Notes under the pieces: generated by a model
What the model was told of the DNA's origin: nothing
Database searches by the model: none
The model's input: only the letters and a program-made list of their open reading frames with translations
Program-made: the position numbers and the translations under genes
Assembly: GCA_026395595.1 (NCBI GenBank)
Contig: JAPLYL010000002.1
Location: 122,111 to 186,110, forward strand
Direction: 5' to 3'
DNA length: 64,000 nucleotides
From: Candidatus Parcubacteria bacterium
GTDB taxonomy: Bacteria > Patescibacteriota > Minisyncoccia > Phycocordibacterales > CAIJYI01
In this document: piece after piece, positions 20,128-27,516 of the stretch
Layout of the letters: every line of letters begins with the position of its first letter
How positions within the stretch are numbered: the first letter of the stretch is position 1

Positions 20128-20267
20128 CTGAATCCAAAAACTCCTTTTTCCCATCCAAATAACCCCTCCCGTCATGCCGGGCTTGACCCGGCATCCACGT
20201 AGTTAAGCGGTATTTCATAGATCCCGGGTCAAGACCGGGATGACGACTGAGAGTTTTTGGATTCAAG
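20128..20267. mobile_element. MITE/REPIN-like element, copy 1 (terminal inverted repeat TGAATCCAAAAACTC plus two inverted core hairpin units)
   Basis: Left end CTGAATCCAAAAACTCC; core units CGTCATGCCGGGCTTGACCCGGCATCCACG and ATCCCGGGTCAAGACCGGGATGACGA; right end GAGTTTTTGGATTCAAG; the ORF track's 20066..20266 ORF lying over it is spurious. Confidence 0.6.
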
Positions 20268-20351
20268 GATAAGCTTTTTTGACTTAAGGCACAATATCAA
20301 TTACTATCTATGTTGGAAACACTGTATTTTTACTGCAAAAAGGAGTAGATT

Positions 20352-20639
20352 ATGCAACTTGCTATAGATATCCTTAAACGAATCAATTTATTTTATGTAA
20401 ACTACGGAAGAAATTCCAACGAAAAAGTTCTTATCACCTATTTTAACATGACACAGGGTCAAAGTGCGGAAAGCGTTCAAAACTCTTTGAACAAATTGTT
20501 TCAAAAGGATTTGATTACGCGAGCATCCTCGGGAGAAAAAGAGGAAATAAGCACTGACATTATCCCAACATCATACACCCTTGGATTATTGGATGATTAT
20601 ACAGTTGAAGAGATTTTCTTTAATAGAATCCAAAAATAA
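20352..20639 (+). CDS. hypothetical protein
   Basis: 95-aa ORF inside the MITE-flanked island, followed by a hairpin terminator (~20663-20692). Confidence 0.4.
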   Translation: MQLAIDILKRINLFYVNYGRNSNEKVLITYFNMTQGQSAESVQNSLNKLFQKDLITRASSGEKEEISTDIIPTSYTLGLLDDYTVEEIFFNRIQK

Positions 20640-20696
20640 GGCTAGGGGCCTTCCGTAAATACAAAAACGCGACCAATCGGCCGCGTTTTTTAACAT

Positions 20697-20960
20697 TTAT
20701 TGATAGATCTCATGCGAACCTATTTTTAATAAAAATACCGTATTTTCTTCCCCGTACTCAAAAATGATTCGAAATTTATAATTTACTGAAAAACTATAAA
20801 AACCAGACAATTGACCGCCAAGTTTATGAACTTTTAACAATTTATGGTTTCCTTGTTCCTTAAAAAGTTCAATTTTTTCAATCGCCTCGTCTTGAAGCGC
20901 TATCGGAAGTGATTTCCATTGGCGGATAAAGAGAGGAGCATAAGCAATATCTAATTCCAT
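20697..20960 (-). CDS. RelE/ParE-superfamily toxin (type II toxin-antitoxin)
   Basis: 87 aa; the C-terminal SFSVNYKFRIIFEYGEENTVFLLKIGSHEIYQ fits the RelE/ParE/YafQ-like pattern; it lies immediately downstream of the RHH antitoxin gene. Confidence 0.7.
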   Translation of the reverse strand: MELDIAYAPLFIRQWKSLPIALQDEAIEKIELFKEQGNHKLLKVHKLGGQLSGFYSFSVNYKFRIIFEYGEENTVFLLKIGSHEIYQ

Positions 20961-20970
20961 AAAAAGTATA

Positions 20971-21192
20971 TTACCCTAGTTGTTGAGAAAGCTCTCTTAT
21001 ATCCCCCCGCATTGCTTTACCTGCGTGAATTTCTTGCTGTGCCTTGAGAACATCGCTTACCGCCTCATCTTCAGCGAGAAGACGGAGCGCTTGTCTTACT
21101 ACCTCGGCTTTATTTGAAGCCCGGCCTTTCTTTACAAAAGAATCAATAAATTCTTCAAGAGCTGGGTTTAATGGAACAGAAAGAGTACTCAT
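20971..21192 (-). CDS. ParD-like ribbon-helix-helix antitoxin
   Basis: 73 aa; MSTLSVPLNPALEEFIDSFVKKGRASNKAEVVRQALRLL is typical of ParD/COG3609 antitoxins; 10-nt gap to the toxin gene. Confidence 0.7.
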   Translation of the reverse strand: MSTLSVPLNPALEEFIDSFVKKGRASNKAEVVRQALRLLAEDEAVSDVLKAQQEIHAGKAMRGDIRELSQQLG

Positions 21193-21262
21193 AGTAATAA
21201 TGTATTATATAATAATATGATACTATCATATTTCATTTTTTTGTTACCGTCAAGTCATAAGA

Positions 21263-21513
21263 CTGTGAATCCAAAAACTCTTCGTTCGTCATCCTCGCGA
21301 ATGCGGGGATCCACGTCGTTAAGTCATACTCTGGAGCACCACAAGAGTATTTCCATTTTTATAGTCGCTTCGCTCCTTATACTACAAGAGTATTTCCATT
21401 TTTATAGTCGCTTCGCTCCTTAAAAATTAGGTCAAAATTAGGTCGCCCCGTATTCGCGAGGATGACGATTTTGGGATATTTTAGTCCAAGGAAACGAGTT
21501 TTTGGATTCACAG
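21263..21513. mobile_element. MITE/REPIN-like element, copy 2 (with an internal 2 x 39-bp tandem repeat)
   Basis: Ends are CTGTGAATCCAAAAACTC / GAGTTTTTGGATTCACAG; cores CGTCATCCTCGCGAATGCGGGGATCCACG and its inverted partner; the direct repeat ACAAGAGTATTTCCATTTTTATAGTCGCTTCGCTCCTTA occurs twice (21332-21413). Confidence 0.6.
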
Positions 21514-21531
21514 ACATTAGTCACAGAAACC

Positions 21532-23223
21532 TTATTTAACCCCGTGTTTCTTGCGTATTTCAGTAAGTTCTTGTTCCTCAGCCTCAGCTTTTGCCTCTTT
21601 CCCTTCTTCTCCAAGTTTTTTAAGCTCTGATTCCGGAAGTTTTATAAGTTCTTGAGTGCGTTTCTCAAGATATTCTGCTGTGTTGAGGTTTGGATCTTCT
21701 AAAACCTCCTCCAGGAGCGCGTGCAGGATAAGTCCAAGTTTTGGTCCGGGTGTTTCATGTGTAACCTCCATTATTCTCGTACCATCAATTTTGAGCATTC
21801 CGACGGAAACAGGTGCACGCATCGCTTCTTCTATCATCGCCTCGTATTTTCGTAAACGATAGGGTTTTTCAACCGGTCTTCCCATTCCAATACGGTCACA
21901 TGCCCTTATTTTCATAAGATCCCACACATTTTCCGGTCCGACATTCGCAACAATCCTTCTTACTGCTGAAAGCGTTATCTTTTCCACATCTGAGAAGAAA
22001 AGATGATATTTTACCAGAGATGAAACCGTATCGGAAAGTTTCACGGGAAACCTTAATCGTTCCATTATCTTCTTTGAAACCCTTCCACCAACGACGTCAT
22101 GCCCGTAAAACGTCCAATTGTCCTTCTCTTTAGACCATCGGCGTGTTTCCGGCTTGGAAATATCGTGCAGCAAAGAGCCTAAACGGATATGAAGAGGCCA
22201 ATTATGCCTCGCCGCATTATCAAGAGCGCGAAGGTTATGTTCCCAGACCGTATAGATATGACTCCCGTTTTGTTCCACACCAATCCCCTTTTCCAGTTCC
22301 GGGACGATAAATCGCAATAAACCAAGCTCATGAGTCAAAACGATACCGCTCATAGTATTCTCCGACATAACTATTTTTACAAATTCATCACGAATTCTTT
22401 CACATGAAACATGTTTCAGATTGTCGGAAAGCTGTTTTATGGCATCTTCCGTCTCTTTTTCTATAGTGAAACCCAGTTGGGTAGCAAAACGAACAGCGCG
22501 CAGTAAACGAAGAGCGTCTTCATTGAAACGGTCTTCCGGTTTCCCTATTGCCCTGACGATTTTGTCCTTTATATCAGATTGTCCTTTATAAAGGTCAACA
22601 ATAATACCCTCTTTTGGGTTGTATGCGAGTGCATTTATCGTAAAATCACGGCGTTTCAGGTCGTCTTCCAGTTTTTTACTGAAAATCACCGCATTCGGAT
22701 GCCTTTTGTCGCTATATTCCGATTCCATTCGGTAAGGCGTAACCTCTATAATAGTTGTTGTTTCATGTGTAACAGGGTTTTCCTCATTTTTTAATGTTTC
22801 ACATGTAACTATTTGATTGACCGCTCGCGCGGCTCGCTGTGGCGTAGGAGTCAGTCTGGGGACTGACGGATGAAAACCTACGGTTTTCATACTTTCCCTT
22901 GTTTCACATGTAACATTTTCGTCACCACCATCTGATGTTTCATGTGTAACGGTCGGTCGGACGTGGTCTCTGACCCCGTCCGGAACATTTGTATTTACCA
23001 CAACCCCCACGGTTCCAAAGGTATTTTCATAGAAGGTTTTCTCAAAAAGCCCGATTATTTCTTCCGGTACGGCATTAGTGGTAACATCCCAATCTTTCGG
23101 TTCCCTTCCCAAAATAAGATCTCTTACACAGCCACCAACCAAATAAGCTTCAAAACCGGCGTCTTGAAGGGTTTCTGTTACACGTGTAACATATAATGGA
23201 ATATGGCTCTGTAAGTCTTTCAT
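21532..23223 (-). CDS. cca: CCA-adding tRNA nucleotidyltransferase (class II, with HD domain) carrying an ~85-aa in-frame insertion
   Basis: LVGGCVRD, RRDFTINA, ERxxxE and a C-terminal HD motif (LLHDISK); the insertion falls between the FGTVGVV and IEVTPYRMESEY blocks. Confidence 0.8.
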   Translation of the reverse strand: MKDLQSHIPLYVTRVTETLQDAGFEAYLVGGCVRDLILGREPKDWDVTTNAVPEEIIGLFEKTFYENTFGTVGVVVNTNVPDGVRDHVRPTVTHETSDGGDENVTCETRESMKTVGFHPSVPRLTPTPQRAARAVNQIVTCETLKNEENPVTHETTTIIEVTPYRMESEYSDKRHPNAVIFSKKLEDDLKRRDFTINALAYNPKEGIIVDLYKGQSDIKDKIVRAIGKPEDRFNEDALRLLRAVRFATQLGFTIEKETEDAIKQLSDNLKHVSCERIRDEFVKIVMSENTMSGIVLTHELGLLRFIVPELEKGIGVEQNGSHIYTVWEHNLRALDNAARHNWPLHIRLGSLLHDISKPETRRWSKEKDNWTFYGHDVVGGRVSKKIMERLRFPVKLSDTVSSLVKYHLFFSDVEKITLSAVRRIVANVGPENVWDLMKIRACDRIGMGRPVEKPYRLRKYEAMIEEAMRAPVSVGMLKIDGTRIMEVTHETPGPKLGLILHALLEEVLEDPNLNTAEYLEKRTQELIKLPESELKKLGEEGKEAKAEAEEQELTEIRKKHGVK

Positions 23224-23283
23224 AAGAGCAATTGTAACAAACTTTTGATATTTTGTGAATTTTAGTGTAGTATACGATTATAA

Positions 23284-23355
23284 GCGCCCGTAGTGAAACG
23301 GATATCACAACGGTCTTCGAAACCGTTAGTCCAGGTTCGAGTCCTGGTGGGCGCA
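23284..23355 (+). tRNA. tRNA-Arg (anticodon TCG)
   Basis: I folded the cloverleaf by hand: acceptor GCGCCCG/TGGGCGC, anticodon loop CTTCGAA, T-loop TTCGAGT, discriminator A; CCA is not encoded. Confidence 0.85.
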
Positions 23356-23418
23356 CAAGAAATATATAAGTATTTTTTCTATTGAAAAAACTTTTATTTT
23401 TCGTATAATAGTGACATT

Positions 23419-23489
23419 GCGGGTATGGTTTAGTGGTAGAACATTTGCTTGCCAAGCAAAAGACGCGGTTTCGATTACCGCTACCCGCA
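23419..23489 (+). tRNA. tRNA-Gly (anticodon GCC)
   Basis: Acceptor GCGGGTA/TACCCGC, anticodon loop TTGCCAA, T-loop TTCGATT. Confidence 0.85.
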
Positions 23490-23496
23490 CAATGAG

Positions 23497-23524
23497 AAAA
23501 TACCGCCATGTGGCGGTATTTTCT
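23497..23524 (+). terminator. rho-independent terminator after the tRNA pair
   Basis: ATACCGCCA-TG-TGGCGGTAT followed by TTTT. Confidence 0.65.
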
Positions 23525-23525
23525 G

Positions 23526-23534
23526 TTATCCACA
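23526..23534 (+). promoter_or_regulatory. perfect DnaA box TTATCCACA
   Basis: Exact 9-mer; a second copy lies in reverse orientation at 23950-23958 (TGTGGATAA). Confidence 0.4.
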
Positions 23535-23567
23535 TAATTAAACTTTCTTTATTTTGTTCATTATTTT

Positions 23568-23891
23568 GTGTATACTAAAGATATGGAAATTAAAACTGAG
23601 TTTGAATCCGCTCTTATTTTACACAACATGCGCGAGTTCGTTATGGACAAACACAAGTTTGATGAATGCATACCGGAAAATATGAAAGAAGACCGAGAAT
23701 ACGGCTTTCTTGTGTCCGGACAGCGCAATTATTGGCTTTTGGGAAAGTTTCCTTTGCATGAAAAACGAGAAGATGGCGTCGTTTCAGCAGATCCGCGCGC
23801 TATTATTAATATCTTTGAAGTAACACATTTCATCGATAACGGACAGATTTGTACGCGAGGAAAATATAAAATACTCCAGATTGTGGGATAA
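23568..23891 (+). CDS. hypothetical protein
   Basis: 107-aa ORF followed by the terminator ACACCC-CTTATC-GGGTGT-TTTT (23915-23937). Confidence 0.4.
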   Translation: MYTKDMEIKTEFESALILHNMREFVMDKHKFDECIPENMKEDREYGFLVSGQRNYWLLGKFPLHEKREDGVVSADPRAIINIFEVTHFIDNGQICTRGKYKILQIVG

Positions 23892-24172
23892 TACTCATCT
23901 ACCATGACTCTTAAACACCCCTTATCGGGTGTTTTTCTATCCCCATAGATATGTAAAACTGTGGATAACTCTGTGTACATGTGTATAAAGGACACTTTTT
24001 TGAACCACTCGCAAGCATTCTTTTTTTGACCTTTTGTCAATAAATGTGGCTTAAAATAACACTATTTGCTTAGGTCATCAAGAGAAAAAGGGTAAAGTAC
24101 AAAAGGGAAAAATAGACGTTTCACATGAAACGTTGTTTTGTGAATTTCCTTTAAAAGGGGTATTATCTTTTT

Positions 24173-24700
24173 ATGTCAAAGACCGAGAAACAAGAAACAG
24201 GGGATATTGGAGAGAAAATAGCGGGACTTTTTTTGAAAACCAAAGGGTTTACCGTTATTGGAACGAATTACCGAAAACCATGGGGAGAAATCGATATTAT
24301 TGTTCAGAAAAAAGGAAAGATTCATTTTATTGAAGTAAAAACCGTAAAAACAAGAGAAAATCAAAACCGATTAGACAAAGGACTTCCCTTAAGGAGGAGC
24401 GGTGAGCGACAAGGAAAGGGGAGTCTTTTGGGAGCGATTATTTTAGGAAAGTTTTTACCGCAGGAAAGATCCTATGCCATCAAAGAAATTTTTGAAGGGG
24501 ACGGTGAAACGAAAGGATATCGCCCCGAGGATAATTTGCACCCATGGAAGCTTCAGCGGCTAAAACGGGCAATTATATCGTATTTGGAAGAAAAAAGGAT
24601 GTCAGAAGAAGACGACTGGCAATTTGACGCCGTTACCGTTCGTTTAAACGAAGAAAGGAAGACTGCTTTGGTTGAGTATTTGGGGGATATTATTCTTTAA
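24173..24700 (+). CDS. YraN-family (UPF0102) endonuclease-like protein with a central insertion
   Basis: GDIGEKIAGLFL...GEIDIIVQKKGKIHFIEVKTVKTR, and the C-terminal WQFDAVTVRL block. Confidence 0.65.
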   Translation: MSKTEKQETGDIGEKIAGLFLKTKGFTVIGTNYRKPWGEIDIIVQKKGKIHFIEVKTVKTRENQNRLDKGLPLRRSGERQGKGSLLGAIILGKFLPQERSYAIKEIFEGDGETKGYRPEDNLHPWKLQRLKRAIISYLEEKRMSEEDDWQFDAVTVRLNEERKTALVEYLGDIIL

Positions 24701-24764
24701 TCTTACTAAATAAATAAATACGTGATTTTTTCATTGGTTTATGGTAGAGTAATCAGGTGAAAGA

Positions 24765-24835
24765 CGGGGCGTAGTATACCGGTAGTACGTCTGCTTTGGG
24801 AGCAGATAGACCGAGTTCGATTCTCGGCGCCCCGA
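24765..24835 (+). tRNA. tRNA-Pro (anticodon TGG)
   Basis: Acceptor CGGGGCG/CGCCCCG, anticodon loop TTTGGGA, T-loop TTCGATT. Confidence 0.85.
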
Positions 24836-24846
24836 CAAAGAAAAAC

Positions 24847-24884
24847 AAAAGGCTGTTTGATTCAAATCAAACAGCCTTTTGTTT
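24847..24884 (+). terminator. rho-independent terminator
   Basis: AAAAGGCTGTTTGATT-CAA-ATCAAACAGCCTTTT. Confidence 0.7.
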
Positions 24885-24990
24885 GACAGAAACTATACTT
24901 CTTGATACTATCGTCGGTGTCACTCCGCGGCACAGTCCGCGGATTTTTGTTTTTTGAAAATCAGTATCACTCTCAAATGAGGAGAAGAAT

Positions 24991-25893
24991 ATGGAAAAAC
25001 AGGGGAATCCTCAGTTTTTTAAAGAAGTACGGTCAAAAGAAGATGCAACGGTAAAATTTATTTTCCGTGCGCCGGAGATCATTGAATTCAGTTATATTAA
25101 TAAAAGCGACGGGAAAGATATTATTTGCGCTCCAACGCAAACCTCATGCAATCTTGGCTGTAAATTTTGTTTTCTTACGGATTTTAAACTTAAGGTTCGC
25201 AATCTTTTACCCGAAGAAATAACCAATCCTGTGGAATACGTTGTGGAAAGGCTTAATTTACTTTCTCGCGAAAAACGAAATTGCGTGCTTTTGATTTCTT
25301 TTATGGGTTGCGGCGAACCTTTGTTGAACCTGACAAATGTTATTACTGCGGCAAAAATGATACGGGAAAAGTATGCGGACCAATACGATGTTGTTCGTTT
25401 TGCGATTGCTACACTGGTACCAAAACCTTCGCTTCTTTTGCGCCTTATTGAAGAAGTGAGAAAAAATGATCTTGCTGTTAAACTTCATTTGTCGCTCCAC
25501 ACGCCTTTTAATGAAAAAAGAAGGGAGCTTATGCCTTCCGCTTCCGGTGTTCAAGAAAGCGTTTTTCTTTTGGGAAAATTTCGAGAAAAAACCGGAAATT
25601 CAGCAGAGATACATTATGCGATGATTAATGGGGTAAACGATCGGGACGAAGATCTCTCCGGACTTATTTCTCTTTTTGGCGGAAAAAATATTCCGATTAA
25701 GTTTTTGATTTACAACGAAAAACCTTCACTGGAGTTAAAAGAATCAACTCGCGTTGCTTTCTTTCGCGAAGAACTTGCCAAACATGGCATCGTTACTGAA
25801 TTTTACATCCCGCCCGGACGGGACGTCGGAAGCAGCTGCGGACAATTTCTCTTAGAATACTACCTAGAATATAATCAGGTCAGTAAAAAATAG
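24991..25893 (+). CDS. rlmN: radical SAM RNA methyltransferase, RlmN/Cfr family (short form)
   Basis: CNLGCKFC (CxxxCxxC), SFMGCGEPLLN, and the C-terminal GRDVGSSCGQF; an SD (GGAG) precedes the ATG. Confidence 0.7.
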   Translation: MEKQGNPQFFKEVRSKEDATVKFIFRAPEIIEFSYINKSDGKDIICAPTQTSCNLGCKFCFLTDFKLKVRNLLPEEITNPVEYVVERLNLLSREKRNCVLLISFMGCGEPLLNLTNVITAAKMIREKYADQYDVVRFAIATLVPKPSLLLRLIEEVRKNDLAVKLHLSLHTPFNEKRRELMPSASGVQESVFLLGKFREKTGNSAEIHYAMINGVNDRDEDLSGLISLFGGKNIPIKFLIYNEKPSLELKESTRVAFFREELAKHGIVTEFYIPPGRDVGSSCGQFLLEYYLEYNQVSKK

Positions 25894-25895
25894 CT

Positions 25896-25930
25896 TTATA
25901 GCCCTCGGAATTTCCCGGGGGCTATTTTTT
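25896..25930 (+). terminator. rho-independent terminator
   Basis: TAGCCCTCGG...CCGGGGGCTA followed by TTTTTTT. Confidence 0.6.
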
Positions 25931-25939
25931 TACAGAAGT

Positions 25940-26275
25940 TTGCAAAAAGAAATTTACATATGTTATCATAGTGGTATGAATACTTACAAAGAAACGCTTG
26001 AAACCGCGAAAAAAATAATAGACGGGCTGGATATTTCCGCCGAAGATAAAGCTTTGCTTCATGAACGAATACCAAAGCTTTCTTTTGATGCGTTGGAAGT
26101 TTTTGTGTGGACGCTTGAAAAGGATCCGTCTGATGTATCCTCTCTTATTCAAAAAACACGACAATGGATGTCTTCTCAAAACGATCCGATTGCTATTCAG
26201 AAGGCGATAGATAAAGATAAAAAAGAACTTGAAGAAGCCATAGCAGCCACAGAAGAAGAGCCTTTAATTATATAA
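25940..26275 (+). CDS. hypothetical protein
   Basis: 111-aa ORF. Confidence 0.4.
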   Translation: MQKEIYICYHSGMNTYKETLETAKKIIDGLDISAEDKALLHERIPKLSFDALEVFVWTLEKDPSDVSSLIQKTRQWMSSQNDPIAIQKAIDKDKKELEEAIAATEEEPLII

Positions 26276-26280
26276 ATTTT

Positions 26281-27258
26281 ATGGAAAAATTTCCTGAAGC
26301 AGAAGAAATAAAAAAAGTTGATTCTCAAGAGGAGAGTGGAGGGAGATATAATTTTCCTCCAGAGGTGTCTCTGAATCCAAATAGCATGCCTTCCGTGGGT
26401 GAAAATAACCCGGAAGCAACAATTGAAGTGCTCCAGACAAACATTGCTTATCAAAATATGATAGGGGAAACCTTAGAGAATCATGCTCTTCGTAAAAACA
26501 TGAGCAGTGAAGAAATAGAAGCTTTGGCGACCGCTATGGTTGAGCAGTATGAGGAAACAAGCATTGAAGCGGAAGAAGCGCAAGTTTCTGAGATATTTGA
26601 GGTAACAGAAGCGGAAAATAAAGAGGAAGTTGCGAAACAAAAAGAGGGAGGCGAGTCATCTATCTTTTCACGGGCCGTAGAAGTAATGAAAGAATACTTG
26701 GTGAAATATCCCAAAGTCGCGAGATTGGCTATGGTGGGGATGTTGGCTTATGAAATGGGAAATAATCCGGCAATGGCTGATGATACTTTTGGGCGGATGA
26801 TATCCTCCGGTACAGAAGGCGCATCACGATACGCCTACTCTCAACAAGCGGGGCAGGAGCGTCTGCAATACAATGCGATGTATGGAGATCAGAGAGCCCG
26901 CTTACAATACCAAGGAGATATGCAAAGAGCGGAACAACAACGTCAAAGAGAATACAGCCAGCTAGATGACGCTATTTTACGGGCGCAATCATCGGAAAAA
27001 TACAAAGGAACCCAAGAACAAGAAAATAAGATTGCCGGTCAGGTATATAAAATAAGAATGCAAATAGAACAACGGTATAGGCAGAATGTTTCCAATGCAC
27101 AAATGAGAGCTCAGGCGACCCAACAAAATACGCAAATAAGAGCGCAGGAAATAGAGATGCAAAATAAAATGAGACAGCAAGAGATTGCCGTAGGCGTCGG
27201 ATCTCAAATCGCAAATCAGGCTATTAATGGAGTTATCCGCGGAGTATTTGGGCGCTAA
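26281..27258 (+). CDS. hypothetical protein, Q-rich coiled-coil C-terminus
   Basis: 325 aa; the C-terminal third is rich in Q/R/E repeats. Confidence 0.45.
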   Translation: MEKFPEAEEIKKVDSQEESGGRYNFPPEVSLNPNSMPSVGENNPEATIEVLQTNIAYQNMIGETLENHALRKNMSSEEIEALATAMVEQYEETSIEAEEAQVSEIFEVTEAENKEEVAKQKEGGESSIFSRAVEVMKEYLVKYPKVARLAMVGMLAYEMGNNPAMADDTFGRMISSGTEGASRYAYSQQAGQERLQYNAMYGDQRARLQYQGDMQRAEQQRQREYSQLDDAILRAQSSEKYKGTQEQENKIAGQVYKIRMQIEQRYRQNVSNAQMRAQATQQNTQIRAQEIEMQNKMRQQEIAVGVGSQIANQAINGVIRGVFGR

Positions 27259-27275
27259 AATCTCACTAACTTATC

Positions 27276-27313
27276 CAAAAAACAAGACTCAATCTTTCGG
27301 GTCTTGTTTTTTT
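27276..27313 (+). terminator. rho-independent terminator
   Basis: CAAGAC-TCAATCTTTCGG-GTCTTG followed by a T7 run. Confidence 0.6.
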
Positions 27314-27516
27314 ATGGTTGTTATGTTGGATTTTGTTATACACACCCTGTTTTTTTGGAAGGAGAGTATAATAAAAGAATAAGAGAAGGAAGGAGTACTA
27401 TAAAATTATATCCCGCAGATACTCTCTAGAATGAGAATCCTATGCGCAGCGGGTTTTTTGGTGACTCCGCGTTGTTTGGTGGGTTATACAAGAAGAGAAT
27501 AAAAAATTATTAGTTT

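Noticed and set aside
20066-20266. 66-aa minus-strand ORF from the ORF track
   Set aside because: It lies entirely within MITE copy 1; the translation is repeat-derived (PGLDPGS...) and inherently low-complexity. The same applies to ORF 45533..45871 over MITE copy 3.
21332-21413. CRISPR array
   Set aside because: Only two direct 39-bp repeats separated by 4 nt lie inside MITE copy 2. There are no spacers and no cas genes anywhere in the window.
23150-23535. Minus-strand ORFs 23150..23533 and 23326..23535
   Set aside because: They overlap the tRNA-Arg and tRNA-Gly genes and the terminator on the opposite strand, so they are chance ORFs.
19690-23958. Chromosomal replication origin
   Set aside because: DnaA boxes are present but dispersed over 4 kb. 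There is no adjacent dnaA/dnaN gene and no AT-rich unwinding element next to the boxes, so an origin cannot be asserted from this window.
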